Below, piece after piece: positions 37,641 through 49,837 of a DNA stretch of 64,000 nt (the first letter of the stretch is position 1; every line of letters starts with the position of its first letter). Origin of the DNA: Squalus acanthias (lineage: Eukaryota); assembly GCA_030390025.1 (NCBI GenBank), contig CM059433.1, positions 18,292,001 through 18,356,000 of the forward strand, in the 5' to 3' direction. The translations under genes were made by a program, and so were the position numbers. The notes under the pieces were generated by a model. The model did no database searches. It saw nothing but the letters and a program-made list of their open reading frames with translations, and was not told where the DNA came from.

Positions 37641-38079
37641 AAAAGAAAAAACTTGCTTTTATATAGTGCATTTCACAATCTTAGGACATCCCACTGAAGT
37701 ACTTTTGAAATGCAGTCGCTGTTGTAATCTCGGAAACGCGGCAGTCAATTTGCGCACAGCAAGGTCCCACAAATAGCCGTGTGATACTGACCAGATAATC
37801 TGTTTTTAGTGATGTTGGCTGAGGGGTAAATATTTGCCAGGACACCGGGGGAGAACGCCCCTACTCTTCAAAATAGTGCCATGGGATCTTTTAGGTCCAC
37901 CTGAGTGGGCAGACAGGGCCTTGGCTTAATGTATCATCTGAAAGATGACAACTTTGACAATGCAGCACTCCCTCAGCACTGCACTGGAGTGTCAGCCTAG
38001 ATTTTGTGCTCGAGTCTCTGGAGCGGGACTTGAACCCACAACCTTCTGACTCAGAGGCAGGAGTGCTACCCACTGAGCC
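37641..38079 (-). mobile_element. DeuSINE (SacSINE1-like)
   Basis: Homology to the other copies; A and B boxes present. Confidence 0.88.
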
Positions 38080-38203
38080 CTGTTTGACGCATAAGTAATG
38101 CAAATTATTTTCTTGAAATTCAATATTTCGCTTTTAAATAACAGGACATATTTACCCATAAGTTACCATGCCGTATGTGGCTGAATAAGCTTCTTTGATT
38201 TAG

Positions 38204-38317
38204 CTTTCGCAGGACCTAAGTCGTTTAAAAGAGCACTATGAGAAGAAGATGAAAGAACTGGCAAATGCAGTTGGAAGTGTGGAACTTCAGCAACTGAAGC
38301 AGAAACAGGAGCGGAAG
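38204..38317 (+). CDS. ARHGEF10: ARHGEF10 coding exon G (LSQDLSRLKEHYEKKMKELANAVGSVELQQLKQKQERK), phase 0-0
   Basis: LKEHYEKKM coiled-coil-like motif; TTTAG acceptor, AAG|GTACTT donor. Confidence 0.95.
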
Positions 38318-39061
38318 GTACTTTCTCCTATAAGAAGAGAGAGTTGGAATTGAGCATATGTTTATAATATAACTCCGCTGGATTCACCTTTTTATGAATA
38401 AAATGACAAGTGCCTTTCAAAACTAAATTAGGCTTTTTCAAAATTGGCAATTGCTAGTTTATGCAAGGCCTTGAGTTGCGTTTTTCAGCATTTCTTATCT
38501 GGTGGTAATTTGAACTATTGCCCAAATGTCTCAGTGCCCCCTCTAAGTAGGAAATTGGTTCTTCTAGCTGGTCGGAATCCCACTCCTCTGAGATTGCTCA
38601 GTGGATTCCACACATTCCTTTTCATTGTGTAGGTAAATACTGGAGGATTATTATGTTGTTTCTTGCATAACTGGACAGAAACTGAGAGAAATGCACTTGT
38701 ATCAGCTTAACTGCGTGTTTATTTTTGTGAATTCCATTTATATTAGTCTGGTTGAAAAGCTGTCAGTGATGTCATTTTTTTCTTGTGATGAAAATCAGCT
38801 GTGTAAAATGTGTGTTCAAGGAGTTAGCTGACACCCTTCTTAGTTAGTTAGAAAGTAAATTTTGTTTAAAATGATGATTATAGTTGAAATGTAATTAAAC
38901 ATTACCGATCAATTTGTCCTGGCCTTTAAGCAAAAAACTCGGCCAGTTGTGTGCAAATTGTTTTGACGGATTGATGCTGACCATTGTTACTTATATAGAA
39001 AATGTGTCATGATTGAGGGAAGTCATTTGCAGTTTTGAAAATTATGATATATATACTAGGA

Positions 39062-39260
39062 CTAATAAAAAAAACTGACAATGCTGGAAATCTGAAACAA
39101 AAATGGAAAGTGCTGGAATTGCATATCAGATCCTTCAGCATCTGTGAAGAGAAACGAGGGGTTAACATTTTGAGTGTAATTCTTCCTCCATACTGGATAC
39201 TGAAAGATAAGCAAGTTGCTGTGTTGGGTGGAAGACAAGAAAAAAGGGAAGGGGGAAGAT
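39062..39260 (-). mobile_element. Degenerate Penelope pLTR fragment
   Basis: Reverse complement resembles 24540-24610 and 43530-43630 (ACAGATGCTG...TTCCAGCA). Confidence 0.6.
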
Positions 39261-40034
39261 ACTCCAATCGTCAAAAGGAAGATAACGGGTTGAATGACCC
39301 GCCGTATTGCACAATGATGACCGTTCTAATGGATTTAGTATGTGGGATTAATTCCTTACAAGGAAATGTTCGAGAAGTAGTTCTAGGAATTCAAATGGCA
39401 GACTGGTTTTCATTGATATTATAGGCTTACCGTATCCTAAAATGATACGCATATGGTTAAAAGTTGAAGCAATAATGAAAGTAAATCAAAGATTGCAAAA
39501 ATTTATTTTCTTCATTGAAAAATTAAATATTCAACATTTGCAGCACAGTGGAAATGTGCGTTACTTATTAGTGCAAATATCATGACATTATTGCCCTGAA
39601 ATTGAGAGATTTTATAGAAGTTCACCCAGTGAGAGTGAAAACTGGGCCTAGAGGTCAACATGTCTGATTTGTAGCTCTCCTAATTTTACAGGCATTAATT
39701 TTAGTAACGAGATAATCGTGAGCACTGCAAATTTGGTGCAGTGATCTCTGTGCCTGCTTCTCCGATCTGGGTTCCCATTGAGAGAGAGTCCATGATGAAT
39801 CTGGAGTCTCAGTTTCAAGGCTTATAAATTCAGCGTACATCCAACTTCTAACATTGAGAAAATATTATGTGCCCATCATTTCCTGTCCCTTCTGAGTGAT
39901 TGTTAGATCCCAGAGTAAATCTGTTCAGTCCCATCCTTTGTTTTCTGTACAAAATGTTTGAAGTTTGCTATAAGTAGTATTTCAGTCATTACCTCTTCAT
40001 GTCATGGGCCCTAATCTTTGTGTGGATTAATAAT

Positions 40035-41309
40035 GGCCCAGATCTTGCTGGAGCAGGGCATCTCGTGGCATATGCCGTGAGTTCGACTTTTTCCTGCACC
40101 CTTCAGCTTGAAATTTTTTTGTTCTGTAAGTTGCTGGAAGTGCGAGCTGATAATGGCGCAGTGAGGGCAATGGGGTATATGGGACCTTAGTGAACGGCGG
40201 GACCAACAGTTTATCTCCTTAACTAATGAGATTAAAAGATTGAAAAAGGACCAGAGGAATGACGGAAAAGGAGGGTGAATGAGAGTCAAATCAGGCACAG
40301 AAAAAGAGGGAAAGAAAGATTGGATTAAGAGAGACAGAAAGGAAAAGTAAGGAAAAAATTTAAATTTAAAACTTTTTACATCTTGGAAGAATTTACTACA
40401 TGCAGGAATAAGACTCAACAGTTTAAATAGTTCACTTTCTGGGCCAGAGAACTTGATTGGCATTGCATTAACAATTATCACGTTGTTAAAAGGGAATTTA
40501 TGCTGTCAAGTGCTAACTCTTAAGTTTCTGCGGCGAGTTCAATTCGAGTTTAATGTGCTAATCCAACAAGTTTTTAAAAATAACGGGGAGTTTGAGGGCG
40601 CGATGCCGTTCGTGCGAGCCTTTGACCATCTACAAGGCACAAGTCAGGAGTGTGATGGAATACTCTCCACTTGCCTGGATGAGTGCAGCTCCAACAACAC
40701 TCAAGAAGCTCGACACCATCAAGGACAAAGCAGCCCGCTTGATTGGCACCCCATCCACCACCTTAAACATTCACTCCCTCCACCACCGGCACACCGTGGC
40801 TGCAGTGTGTGCCATCTACAAGATGCACTGCAGCAACTCGCCAAGGCTTCTTCGGCAGCACCTCCCAAACCCGCGACCTCTTCCACCTGGAAGGACAAGG
40901 GCAGCAGGTGCATGGGAACACCACCACCTCCAAGTCACACACCATCCTGACTTAGAAGTATATCGCCGTTCCTTCATCGTCGCTGGGTCAAAATCCTGGA
41001 ACTTCCTCCCTAACAGCACTGTGGGAGTACCTTCACCACATGGACTGCAGCGGTTTAAGAAGGCAGCTCACCACCACCTTCTCGAGGGCAATTAGGGATG
41101 GGCAATAAATGCTGGCCTTGCCAGCGATGCCCACATCCCATAAACGAATAAAAAAAAATTAAAATGGCAGAGCGGAGTAAATCGACCAGCAAGTTAATGC
41201 AACTCTCAACTCACGCCGTATCTCTTCACCTGAACGTGCTGGCAGATTTGCGCATTACTAATGGTGTGCGTGGTGAACTCGGTATTACTTTTCCAGCAAG
41301 ATTTGGGCC
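40035..41309. mobile_element. MITE (family B-related) carrying a nested LINE 3' fragment at ~40625-41160 (+)
   Basis: TIR GGCCCAGATCTTGCTGGA ... TCCAGCAAGATTTGGGCC (17/18 match); the inner part encodes YKAQVRSVMEYSPLAW and ends in poly-A. Confidence 0.85.
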
Positions 41310-42539
41310 GTTACGTTGCCGCTAAAACACACACTTTGCTGTGTAATTGGACTCTGAAGCTATCACCCGAGTCCCTCCAAATTATAGCTCAGGAAGTAGG
41401 GAGAATAAGCAAATCGCCTCAAGGCTGCATTAATACACATGATGGCCCTTGAGCAAGACTTGCCAAGTTAGTAAGTTTATAAAACTGAAAAACTAGTTCC
41501 ATCTGGAAACCAAGCTGAATGTAAACTGTCGAGATAATGAACTTCTGTGAAATTTCTGTTGCCATTTCTGTGTTTTGCTGGTATTGATCTCTGTCTTTGT
41601 GAAGTGATTGCTTCTGAAACACTGAATACACTGTAGCCTTGATTTGTTTGTATTTTTGTGAAATGGTCACTCTTTAGGCAAAATTTTGCTTGAAGCTTCT
41701 CAAAGGATACGAATTTACAACCATACTCATGACATGCATGTTGTATGCCTGCTCTCGAGGTTTTTTTTTCAGTTTGAGGGATTTGCCCTCAACCCAAGCG
41801 ATACACTCCTTCAAAATGTAGATAAAATGGCTCTTTACCAGTCAATCAATGCCATTATTAACTGGGCACCTTGAATGATAAAGTGGGGGTGGAGGTAAGG
41901 CAGGTAAATGTGATCTATATTTTAAAAGGAGATTGAGTGAATGTGGCGAGGTTTCTTGGAGTGGAAACAGGAGCAGCAAACTCGGGAATGATTAAAAGAG
42001 AAATGCACAGATTAATTTACCAGGAACTGCAATGATGTGAGGTAGGACCTTGAAAATTGTTAGTGGGTCCTAAATAAAGGACAAACTGGCTGGATTGAAA
42101 TAATACTTTCTTGTTTAGTCATTTATGACTTCTCCAAATCTTTAGTACTCCTTTCGAATTCACTATTTTTCCTAATCCTTTAGACCCTGGGAGCAGTTAG
42201 TTGCCTTCTCCTCAGTATCATTCCTGGCTTTCAGAGCACCACAGCCTACATTAAGGTTAGGGTTGTATCAATAAACGAGAGCTATTCTTTGATCAACTTT
42301 TCTGACTCCTTTATGACTGCAGATTTCTTGCAACAGAACCTCATTCACTTTCTGTTTGGGTCACTGAACAAAAGGATAAAACAGGGTGAGCTCCTCATAT
42401 CAGTTGCTATATTTCCCAAGGCCAGCAGCAAGACTTTTGAGGCCAAAGTCAAATCAGTTCATGATGGGTTATATTGTGAGCAGGGTAGGTTGATTACTAG
42501 GCGTTGTGAAGACTCATTGTGCATCAATCTCCTTATGAA

Positions 42540-44470
42540 TCGACACTGTACGCTCTCTAGGACTTTAATGTTCTTTCCATATTGGAGTGCCCAGAACTGC
42601 ACGCAGTACTCTTAACTGTGGCTTAAGAAAAAAAGACTTGCATTTATATAGCGCCTTTCACGACCACCGGACGTCTCAAAGCGCTTTACAGCCAATGAAG
42701 TACTTTTGGAGTGTAGTCACTGTTGTAATGTGGGAACCATTGCCTCATACAAATTTATCATTACTTCTTTACTCTTGTACTCTATACAACTATTTATAAA
42801 ACATGAAATGCTGCTGGTCTTTTGTGGCTTTATCTACCTCCACTTGCACTTTCAGGAAATTATGTTTTTGAACCCCTCCATATTTCTGTTTCTCCACGCT
42901 CTTCAGTATTTTTGCCATTAAATGTACACTCCCATTCCTTGTATTTCCTCCCATTGTATTGCCTCACAGATTTTTTCCACATTAAATTGCATCTGAAACC
43001 AGTGCCTGTCTGTGACTTCCTGGAGTCCCTTATAGTCTCCCTCACTGTTTTCTCAAACCCCCGACTTTTGTACCATCAGCAACGTTTAAGATTGTGCTCC
43101 TCATGCCAAAATCCAGACCATCTGTGCATACAGAGAACAAAAGTGTACCCAGTACTGACCCCGGGGTACAATCCTTCTCCAATCTGATCAACACCCACCA
43201 TTAACTCTAACCCTTTGTTTCCTGTCCATCAGCCAACATTCTAACCCCCTTTTGGTTTGTGCCTTTTCCCTTTTTTTTCCTCTCTCTCCCACATGGCAGC
43301 TGTCTTTCATCCTGCCAGCGCATTTCACACTTCTGAGCCATCTTTTGTTTCTTAACCTGTCCTATTACCATCTCGTCTCGCCTTGTGTATCTCTTAATGT
43401 CTCTACGTCTCACAGACCTTCCCTTTTGTTCTTTTATTCCCTCCCCCAGCCTCCAAACTTGCTTTTTCATCTGTTTCATTTCCTGCTTTTTTTCTCAGTT
43501 CTGATGAAGGGCCTTCGACCTGAAACGTTAACTCTGTTTCTCTCTCCACGGATGTTGCCTGGCCTGCTGAGTTTTTCCAGCGCTTTCTGTTGTTATTTCA
43601 GTTTTCCAGCATCCGCAGTATTTTGCTATTCTATCCATGCTGCTACATTTCCTTTTTGTACCATACGGCTGAATTTGTAACACGTCCCCTGTGACGTACC
43701 TTGCTGAGCACCTTCTGAAAATCCATAATCACAGAATCTTATGTATTCCTTTTAACTTTCCAGCTAATGACTTCCTCAAAAAAATCTCTTAAATTTGTCG
43801 AACATGACTTGTTTTTAACAAATGCGTTTAAAATTATAAAGGGATGGGACAGGATGGATAGAAACAGACTGTTTTCAGTGATTGAGGGGCCTAAATTGTG
43901 GGGGCATAGATTTAAGATTAAATTCAAGAGATTTAGGACGGAGAGCTGGAAATTTTTTAATATTATCTGCAACCCTTTTTCCATATTTCCTTTTTAGCAT
44001 TCTAATTTCCCTTTTTACCTCCCCCTTACACTTTCTATATTCTTTAGTATTGTTAGCTTTGTTGCCTTCCTTTAGGTTTGTTTAGTTTTAATCTCTCAAT
44101 GTATCCATAAATTCTATCCTTTCATGAATCCTCTTTTTTTTACCGTGTATGAATATATCTATTTTGCACTCCATCCATCTGCTGAACCGATTTGCTAACT
44201 TTTCTGTATTGTCAATCTGGGCCAGATCCCTCCTTAACTCGCTGAACGTGGCCTTTTTCCCAGTTCAGGACTCTTGTTTTCATTATTCTTTTATATTTTC
44301 ACATTGAGCATTACTATGTTGTGGTTGTTCCCAATTGTTCCACTTTCTTTTAAAAAAAAATAAAAAATTATTTGTCCCATTTCATTTCCCAGAACTAAAT
44401 CAATCTTTCCTGTTGGACTGAAAACAAATTGATCTAGAAAGCAGTCTTGGATGCATTCTAAAAAGTGTTT
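42540..44470. mobile_element. Patchwork of old CR1 fragments, a DeuSINE tail (42626-42736) and a Penelope pLTR (~43250-43630)
   Basis: KSCSTNLRDFFEEV, FKIIKGWDR and CR1-like segments; pLTR homologous to 24225-24610. Confidence 0.7.
43497..43533 (+). ncRNA. Minimal hammerhead ribozyme in a solo Penelope pLTR
   Basis: AGTT-CTGATGA-AGGgccttcgaCCT-GAAA-CG-T-T-AACT. Confidence 0.72.
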
Positions 44471-45400
44471 TGCACTGAGAGTCTGTCCTCCCTCTGCCCC
44501 TATCGATGGTCATCCACTTCTCTCTTTCTACATCTTCTGCTCAAAATGAGACCTTATGCAAATTATTCAAACACCCTGTTTGGGACAAATCCCAGCACTC
44601 ATTCAATCATAATTCTTATCTAACTATTGTTAGATCTTAATGCATGTCATGGCAGCCCCTTATGAAACCTGTTAAACTAACAGTAATTTGTTCCTTTTAT
44701 TTTCTCAGTACTTTTTCTCTGGCAGTCCTCCTGTGCGTTCTGCTGCATGAGCACTGGCTTTTCTCTGGTAGCTCGATCAAATGTGAATTTTAGCGGTATG
44801 CGTTTGCAAGCTATTTAATCATTGGGAACATAACAGATGGCTCCAACCTTATCCTCACCTGACATCTATACACACTGTCTTTATTTGCCTCTTTCTCTCA
44901 TGTGCGTTTGCTGTCTGTCTCTTTTGTCTCTCTCATGCTTGCACTCACACTCTCGTGTACTGTTGTTCTCCCACTTTTTTTTGTATGTTCCCCCACTCTT
45001 TCTCTCATATTTCAACAGGGCTCCCTGCATAGCGATCAGAAGCAGCAACCCAGCTGTTATTTTCTCTGTTCCTACCTCAGACATACTAAGGACAAATTCC
45101 AAATCTAGCTGATAACAGCTAATTTAGCACAGAGCGTGGAACCTGACACCTCAGATCCTCACAGGGAGTCATGAGGAGCTCCGATTTCCTTTTGCACGTA
45201 CAACTGAATTAGCCCAAGACCACCTGTGGGGAGTGGCGTTGGGTGGGCGGGGGGGTGGGGTGGGGGGGGTTGGTTGCAGGGGGAGTGGATATCCTCTAAA
45301 CTGTGTACTGGAGGGGAACTGTGGCTTAAATGGTACCATCTCATCACACGAATGGGCATAACATTCACTGATCCAGATTCCTGTGATTTTTCTTTGGATT

Positions 45401-45957
45401 AAAATGAGAAGTCGCACAACACCAGGTTATAGTCCAACAGTTTTATTTAAAATTACGAGCTTTCGGAGCTGCTGCTCCTTCGTCAGGTAGAGGTACAGTG
45501 AGGGAATCTAATACACAGTATATATACACAGAGAGCGACTTGTCTGCAGAGATACAATCCGTCAGGAAGGCACTACATCAAAGACACATCAGAGCACAGC
45601 CAAGACAATGAGGTGGGTCACAGGGGGTCCAACGTGTCAAATGCTGCCGTCTGCAGTTGAGCTCCTAACTTTTTTTTTGGTTGGTTTTTTTTTTAAACTG
45701 GAAAGACAGACAACGATGTCGCGTCACGTTCTGTAGCGTGACATGAACCCGCGATCCCTATTGAGGCCGTCCTCATGGGTGCGGAACTTGGCTATCAGTT
45801 TCTACTCGATGATTTTGCGTTGTCGTGTGTCTCGAAGGCCGCCCTGGAGAACGCTAACACGCAGATCCGAGGCTGAATGTCCTTGACTGCTGAAGTGTTC
45901 CCCGACTGGGAGGTAACAATCCTGCCTGGCGATTGTTGCGCGGTGTCCGTTCATACA
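45401..45957 (-). mobile_element. Penelope-like 3' fragment (second family): GIY-YIG C-terminus plus pLTR, with TSD
   Basis: Minus strand encodes MNGHRATIARQDCYLPVGEHFSSQGHSASDLRVSVL...E*KLIAKFRTHEDGLNRD; TTTCTTTGGATT is duplicated at 45389-45400 and 45958-45969. Confidence 0.9.
45454..45489 (-). ncRNA. Minimal hammerhead ribozyme
   Basis: TAC-CTGACGA-aGGAGC agca GCTCC-GAAA-GC-T-C-GTA, cleavage triplet CUC. Confidence 0.8.
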
Positions 45958-46416
45958 TTTCTTTGGATTGTTAGCCAAGGTGTGTAAATGGAGTTAGGGT
46001 GCAGATCAGTCATGGTCTGATTGAATGGTGGAACAGGCTCGAGGGGCTGAATGGCCTACTCCTGCTCCTGTGTTCCTAAACAGTCTGCTCTCTTCTTTGT
46101 CCCTCTTATTGCCCAATCATCCAATATGTGTAGATGGCTGAAAGCACTTCGACGCATTTAATCCTCAGTGTAGGAAGTAAACTGCACTCCAGCTTCCCTA
46201 TAGTAGATCACATCATCATGATGCCAACAAGCTAAATAGCTGCACCAGGATCTACTTCTGACATTTTAACATACTTTGTTTATAAGGTGAATATTTATAA
46301 TTGTTTCCAGTAAATAATCAGCACTAACAAAGAGGGGACATTAATGTGGGATAATGTTTATCTTGTACAATTTTCGCCCCCTTTAATCTTAGTAAAAAAA
46401 ACTTTTTTTTTAACTT

Positions 46417-46434
46417 TAGCGCCCCCAAGTGGAG
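46417..46434 (-). promoter_or_regulatory. Candidate CTCF site
   Basis: Reverse complement CTCCACTTGGGGGCGCTA. Confidence 0.4.
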
Positions 46435-47963
46435 ACAATGTACCCAAATATACCTTAATTCTGAATTGTAACATTTTAAGTCAAAGTAACAGTTACTTAA
46501 GTTCTTATACTAGTTGCTGACTGTTCTTTTCTAGTCATTGACTGCATATTATCAGTTGTACCATCAGTGTGAACTGAATATCAATGATTAGATTTTTGTT
46601 GAATTATTTCTGAAATTCATGCTTAGAGAGGATTTCTAAATTATCCTCCCTTTTAATCAGTGCTTTCTATTGATTAAAATATCCATTTATTACTGTTGTT
46701 AATACTGAAAATGTTGACTACTTTTACTGCTTCACAACATGCACACCAGCCAGCTCATCTCCATACTGAACTTACTAGAGTTATGTGACTGGCTTCTCAG
46801 TTCAGCAACTCTGTATCACATGGTGTCAAGGCAAGTCCCTGTACTATATGCCAATATCGAGCTCAGTGTTTAAGAAAATAACATCGTTTTAAAATTGATC
46901 AATACAAAACATAAACAAGATACGCAATATTAAAAGATGTGCAGAAATATAAAGCACTTGCATGTCAGAACTGCATCAGCTCATGATTTAAGTATATACC
47001 ATTACAGTTTATTTTACTGTACGCCATTGATTACCCCCATTGTCTATATGTAATAACTTTCACTACTTGTGTCTCAATCGTTCATTCTTCGGTACTGATA
47101 AAGTGGGCATCGTCAGTATAAATCGGTGGTCATTGACATCTACCAGCGACAAAACCACACAAAACTGAAATAACAATACTTACAAACTCTACAGTGTATT
47201 TATAATACTTGTTCTAGAAAAAAAATATAAGTGTGTCTGTAAAATGGTCGTCTCATCTTGGAGGTTCAGATGGTGCCTATAAACTATTTGAGCTCTACTC
47301 GCAGGGTTTGAGGTCCCTGAACCCCTCAATGAGACCACTAACCCTGGGACTCCCTTGTTGCACATGTGCTCTAAAGTATTGAAAATGCTGCATTTATATT
47401 GGCTTTTCTTTTTTTTTAAATAGAGAGCAAATACTCAGCAGAAACACGGGGGGGAGGGAAGAGAACCCAAGGATGGTCTGCAAACAAATCTTCAAAGTAT
47501 TTGTCGTGCTATGGGGTGGATACGCTGGAAGGGAATCCTATTGCTGCATTTTAACTCATTTACCTACTTAACTAAAATCGATCCCTTTAAAGCTCAGCAT
47601 GGAGCACTGAGAATTTTAATAAATTTGAAATTAGTGAAATTAAAATACCAGCAGAAGAGTGGCATTAACAATAAATAAAAGTACATTATTCCTTCTGATT
47701 AAATCTACAGTAAAGTTTCTGTGTAAGGAACTCAAATGGCCTTCCCTTGTTCATGTTCTCAGGACATCCTATAATACTTGTCTGTCTTTTGTCATCTAAT
47801 TTCACCTGTGTTTTCACATTTGTCTTGAGTTCTTCATGAGCTGTTTGAAAATTGTTTTATTTTCCTTTGTAGTCAGGTGAGCCTTTTCTATCTGTTGGTT
47901 TGCAGCTTTCATGAAGTAGATTCAGAAAGTTGGTTTCTCTGTCGCTTGCATCTAATACAAAAT

Positions 47964-48675
47964 GGCCTAAAATTTGGTTGCTTTGTGCCTCCCGTTAGCG
48001 CCCTAAGCAAAGCAACTAGCGCCTGGGCGCGGTGCCGCCAACGCCTCTGCGAAATTCAGCGGGAATTTAGCGGCGGCGGTAACCGTTAACACCCCGCGGT
48101 GCTGCGCCACCAGCGATGACGTCATCGCCGTGCACAGCGCCCCGCTCGCGCCCCGGCTGCGATCTTCGGTAGCGCCCCCTGACTTACCGCCAGACGTCAT
48201 GTCCGACAGGGTCAGGGGGGCCTACCTGTGGCCGGGGCAGCACAAATTAAAGGGGAGGTGCTGGGCGGCCATTTTTGTTGCTGGCCGCCTGCCCCTGTTG
48301 CCGTCCCCGGCCTCCTGATCAGCCCCCCCGCGGAGTGCCGGCTGCGCTCCGTGAGCCCAGCACTCCCCTTGAGTGCTGGGCTCTTTTGCCGGCACTGCGA
48401 TCCCTGGTGGCCCAGCTGGGCCCCGGGTCGCGCTGCGCAAGGCCCCTCCCCTTTAATAAGGGGAGGAAGGCCTGCAGTACCGCGGCACGTAGCGCCTGTG
48501 ATATTCACTCGCAGCGCCCCAAGAGGGAGGTGAGGCGCTTCAGTAGCGCCCCGCCTCCCTCTTGGGGCGCTACTGGTGAATTTCGGCCGCGAGGGTGCTA
48601 ATTTTTTCGGGCCGCTAAAAGTAGCGCCCCAGCGAAGTTAGCGCCCCAAAGGGGGCGCGACCCAATTTTTCCCCC
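47964..48675. mobile_element. CpG-rich MITE with repeated (T/C)AGCGCCC motifs
   Basis: Sharp GC island, imperfect ends GGCCTAAAATTTGG ... CCCAATTTTTCCCCC, AAT on both flanks. Confidence 0.7.
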
Positions 48676-49837
48676 AATGTATCTTTAGGTAATTTTTACC
48701 GATGGGAGTCAACAAGATTCACTGTTTCTCTGTTGGAGGCATGACTTGACTCTAACGCTCTGAACTTGTAGGCAAGTGAGATCCATCTGTGCAAGTAGGT
48801 GTCACTGCCTAGTGGAATATTTCATATGCTGTAATTTGTGATTAATTTGAATCGCATTGGAAGTTTTTTGAGGGGGACATAATGAACAATGCCTTACACT
48901 GTTAATTATATACCTTGTGATAGACGTTTGTTTGCCACAAAACACATATGCTTTGTATTTTTATGCGCAGGCATAATAATACCCTATTGAAGTGTATTTA
49001 AAGGGTGGGAGTGGGCAGAATGAATTCTGCAGTACCAGACGTGACAATTTGTTGTTGGAGACAGTGAACATCTGTTGAGTGCGTTTGCTGTGCTGCTACA
49101 GCCTGTCATCTAATACTTGAAATCAAAAGCCAAATGTTTCTTCGCTGCAAGAAAAAGCACTGCGCCAGTGTAAAGGTTTTTCAGATCGAATTTAAATAAG
49201 CACGTGTGCTGAGCTTTTCTGTTCATTTACTTTGTTTTGCAAGTGTAGAAAATGCCCAGAGCAATAGGGGTTTGAATCAGACACTGCTTGGTTTAATCTG
49301 AAGAAGACATTAAGACGAACTATTTTAAAATATACAAGACCCTGAACTGAAGTGTGCTGGTGATACTGATCCACTTACGGATTGCTGAATTTAGATTGCA
49401 ACCATCTGGTTTTGAACCAGCCTGTCAAGTTTTTGAGTGGACTGTGTGGAAATTTCTCATGTTAACCCGAAGCCTAAAGTGACTTGTGATGTGGAGGCAT
49501 TAGTTATTAAGCAGTTCCATGATTTTTTTTTTTTATATACAAAAGCTGCAGCCTGATCCTACCCCTATCATGAATTATACCATCAACTCTCCAGCATGTT
49601 GCAGCCATTCATTTGGAATATTTTCCTCTATTGTCCATGTAAAATTTGTCCCTCAGTTGTTAATTCTGAATGAGTGATTCCATGGCAACACAGTTAGTTC
49701 ATACAATATGTCCTTGTGCATGAAGTGGCGATGCTAATAGCTTTAACACGAAGGGCAAGCTTTCTCTTGCGATTTGGATTTTCCCAGGTAGTGTATTATT
49801 TGCCTGTGGATTTCCGTTTCAAATTGATGCAAAATTT

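Noticed and set aside
39150..39200. Additional functional hammerhead
   Set aside because: The core is decayed in this antisense pLTR relic; no intact CUGANGA/GAAA pair.
47877..48601. Cluster of overlapping GC-rich ORFs
   Set aside because: Stop-codon scarcity inside a GC-rich MITE; no recognisable protein motifs or splice context.
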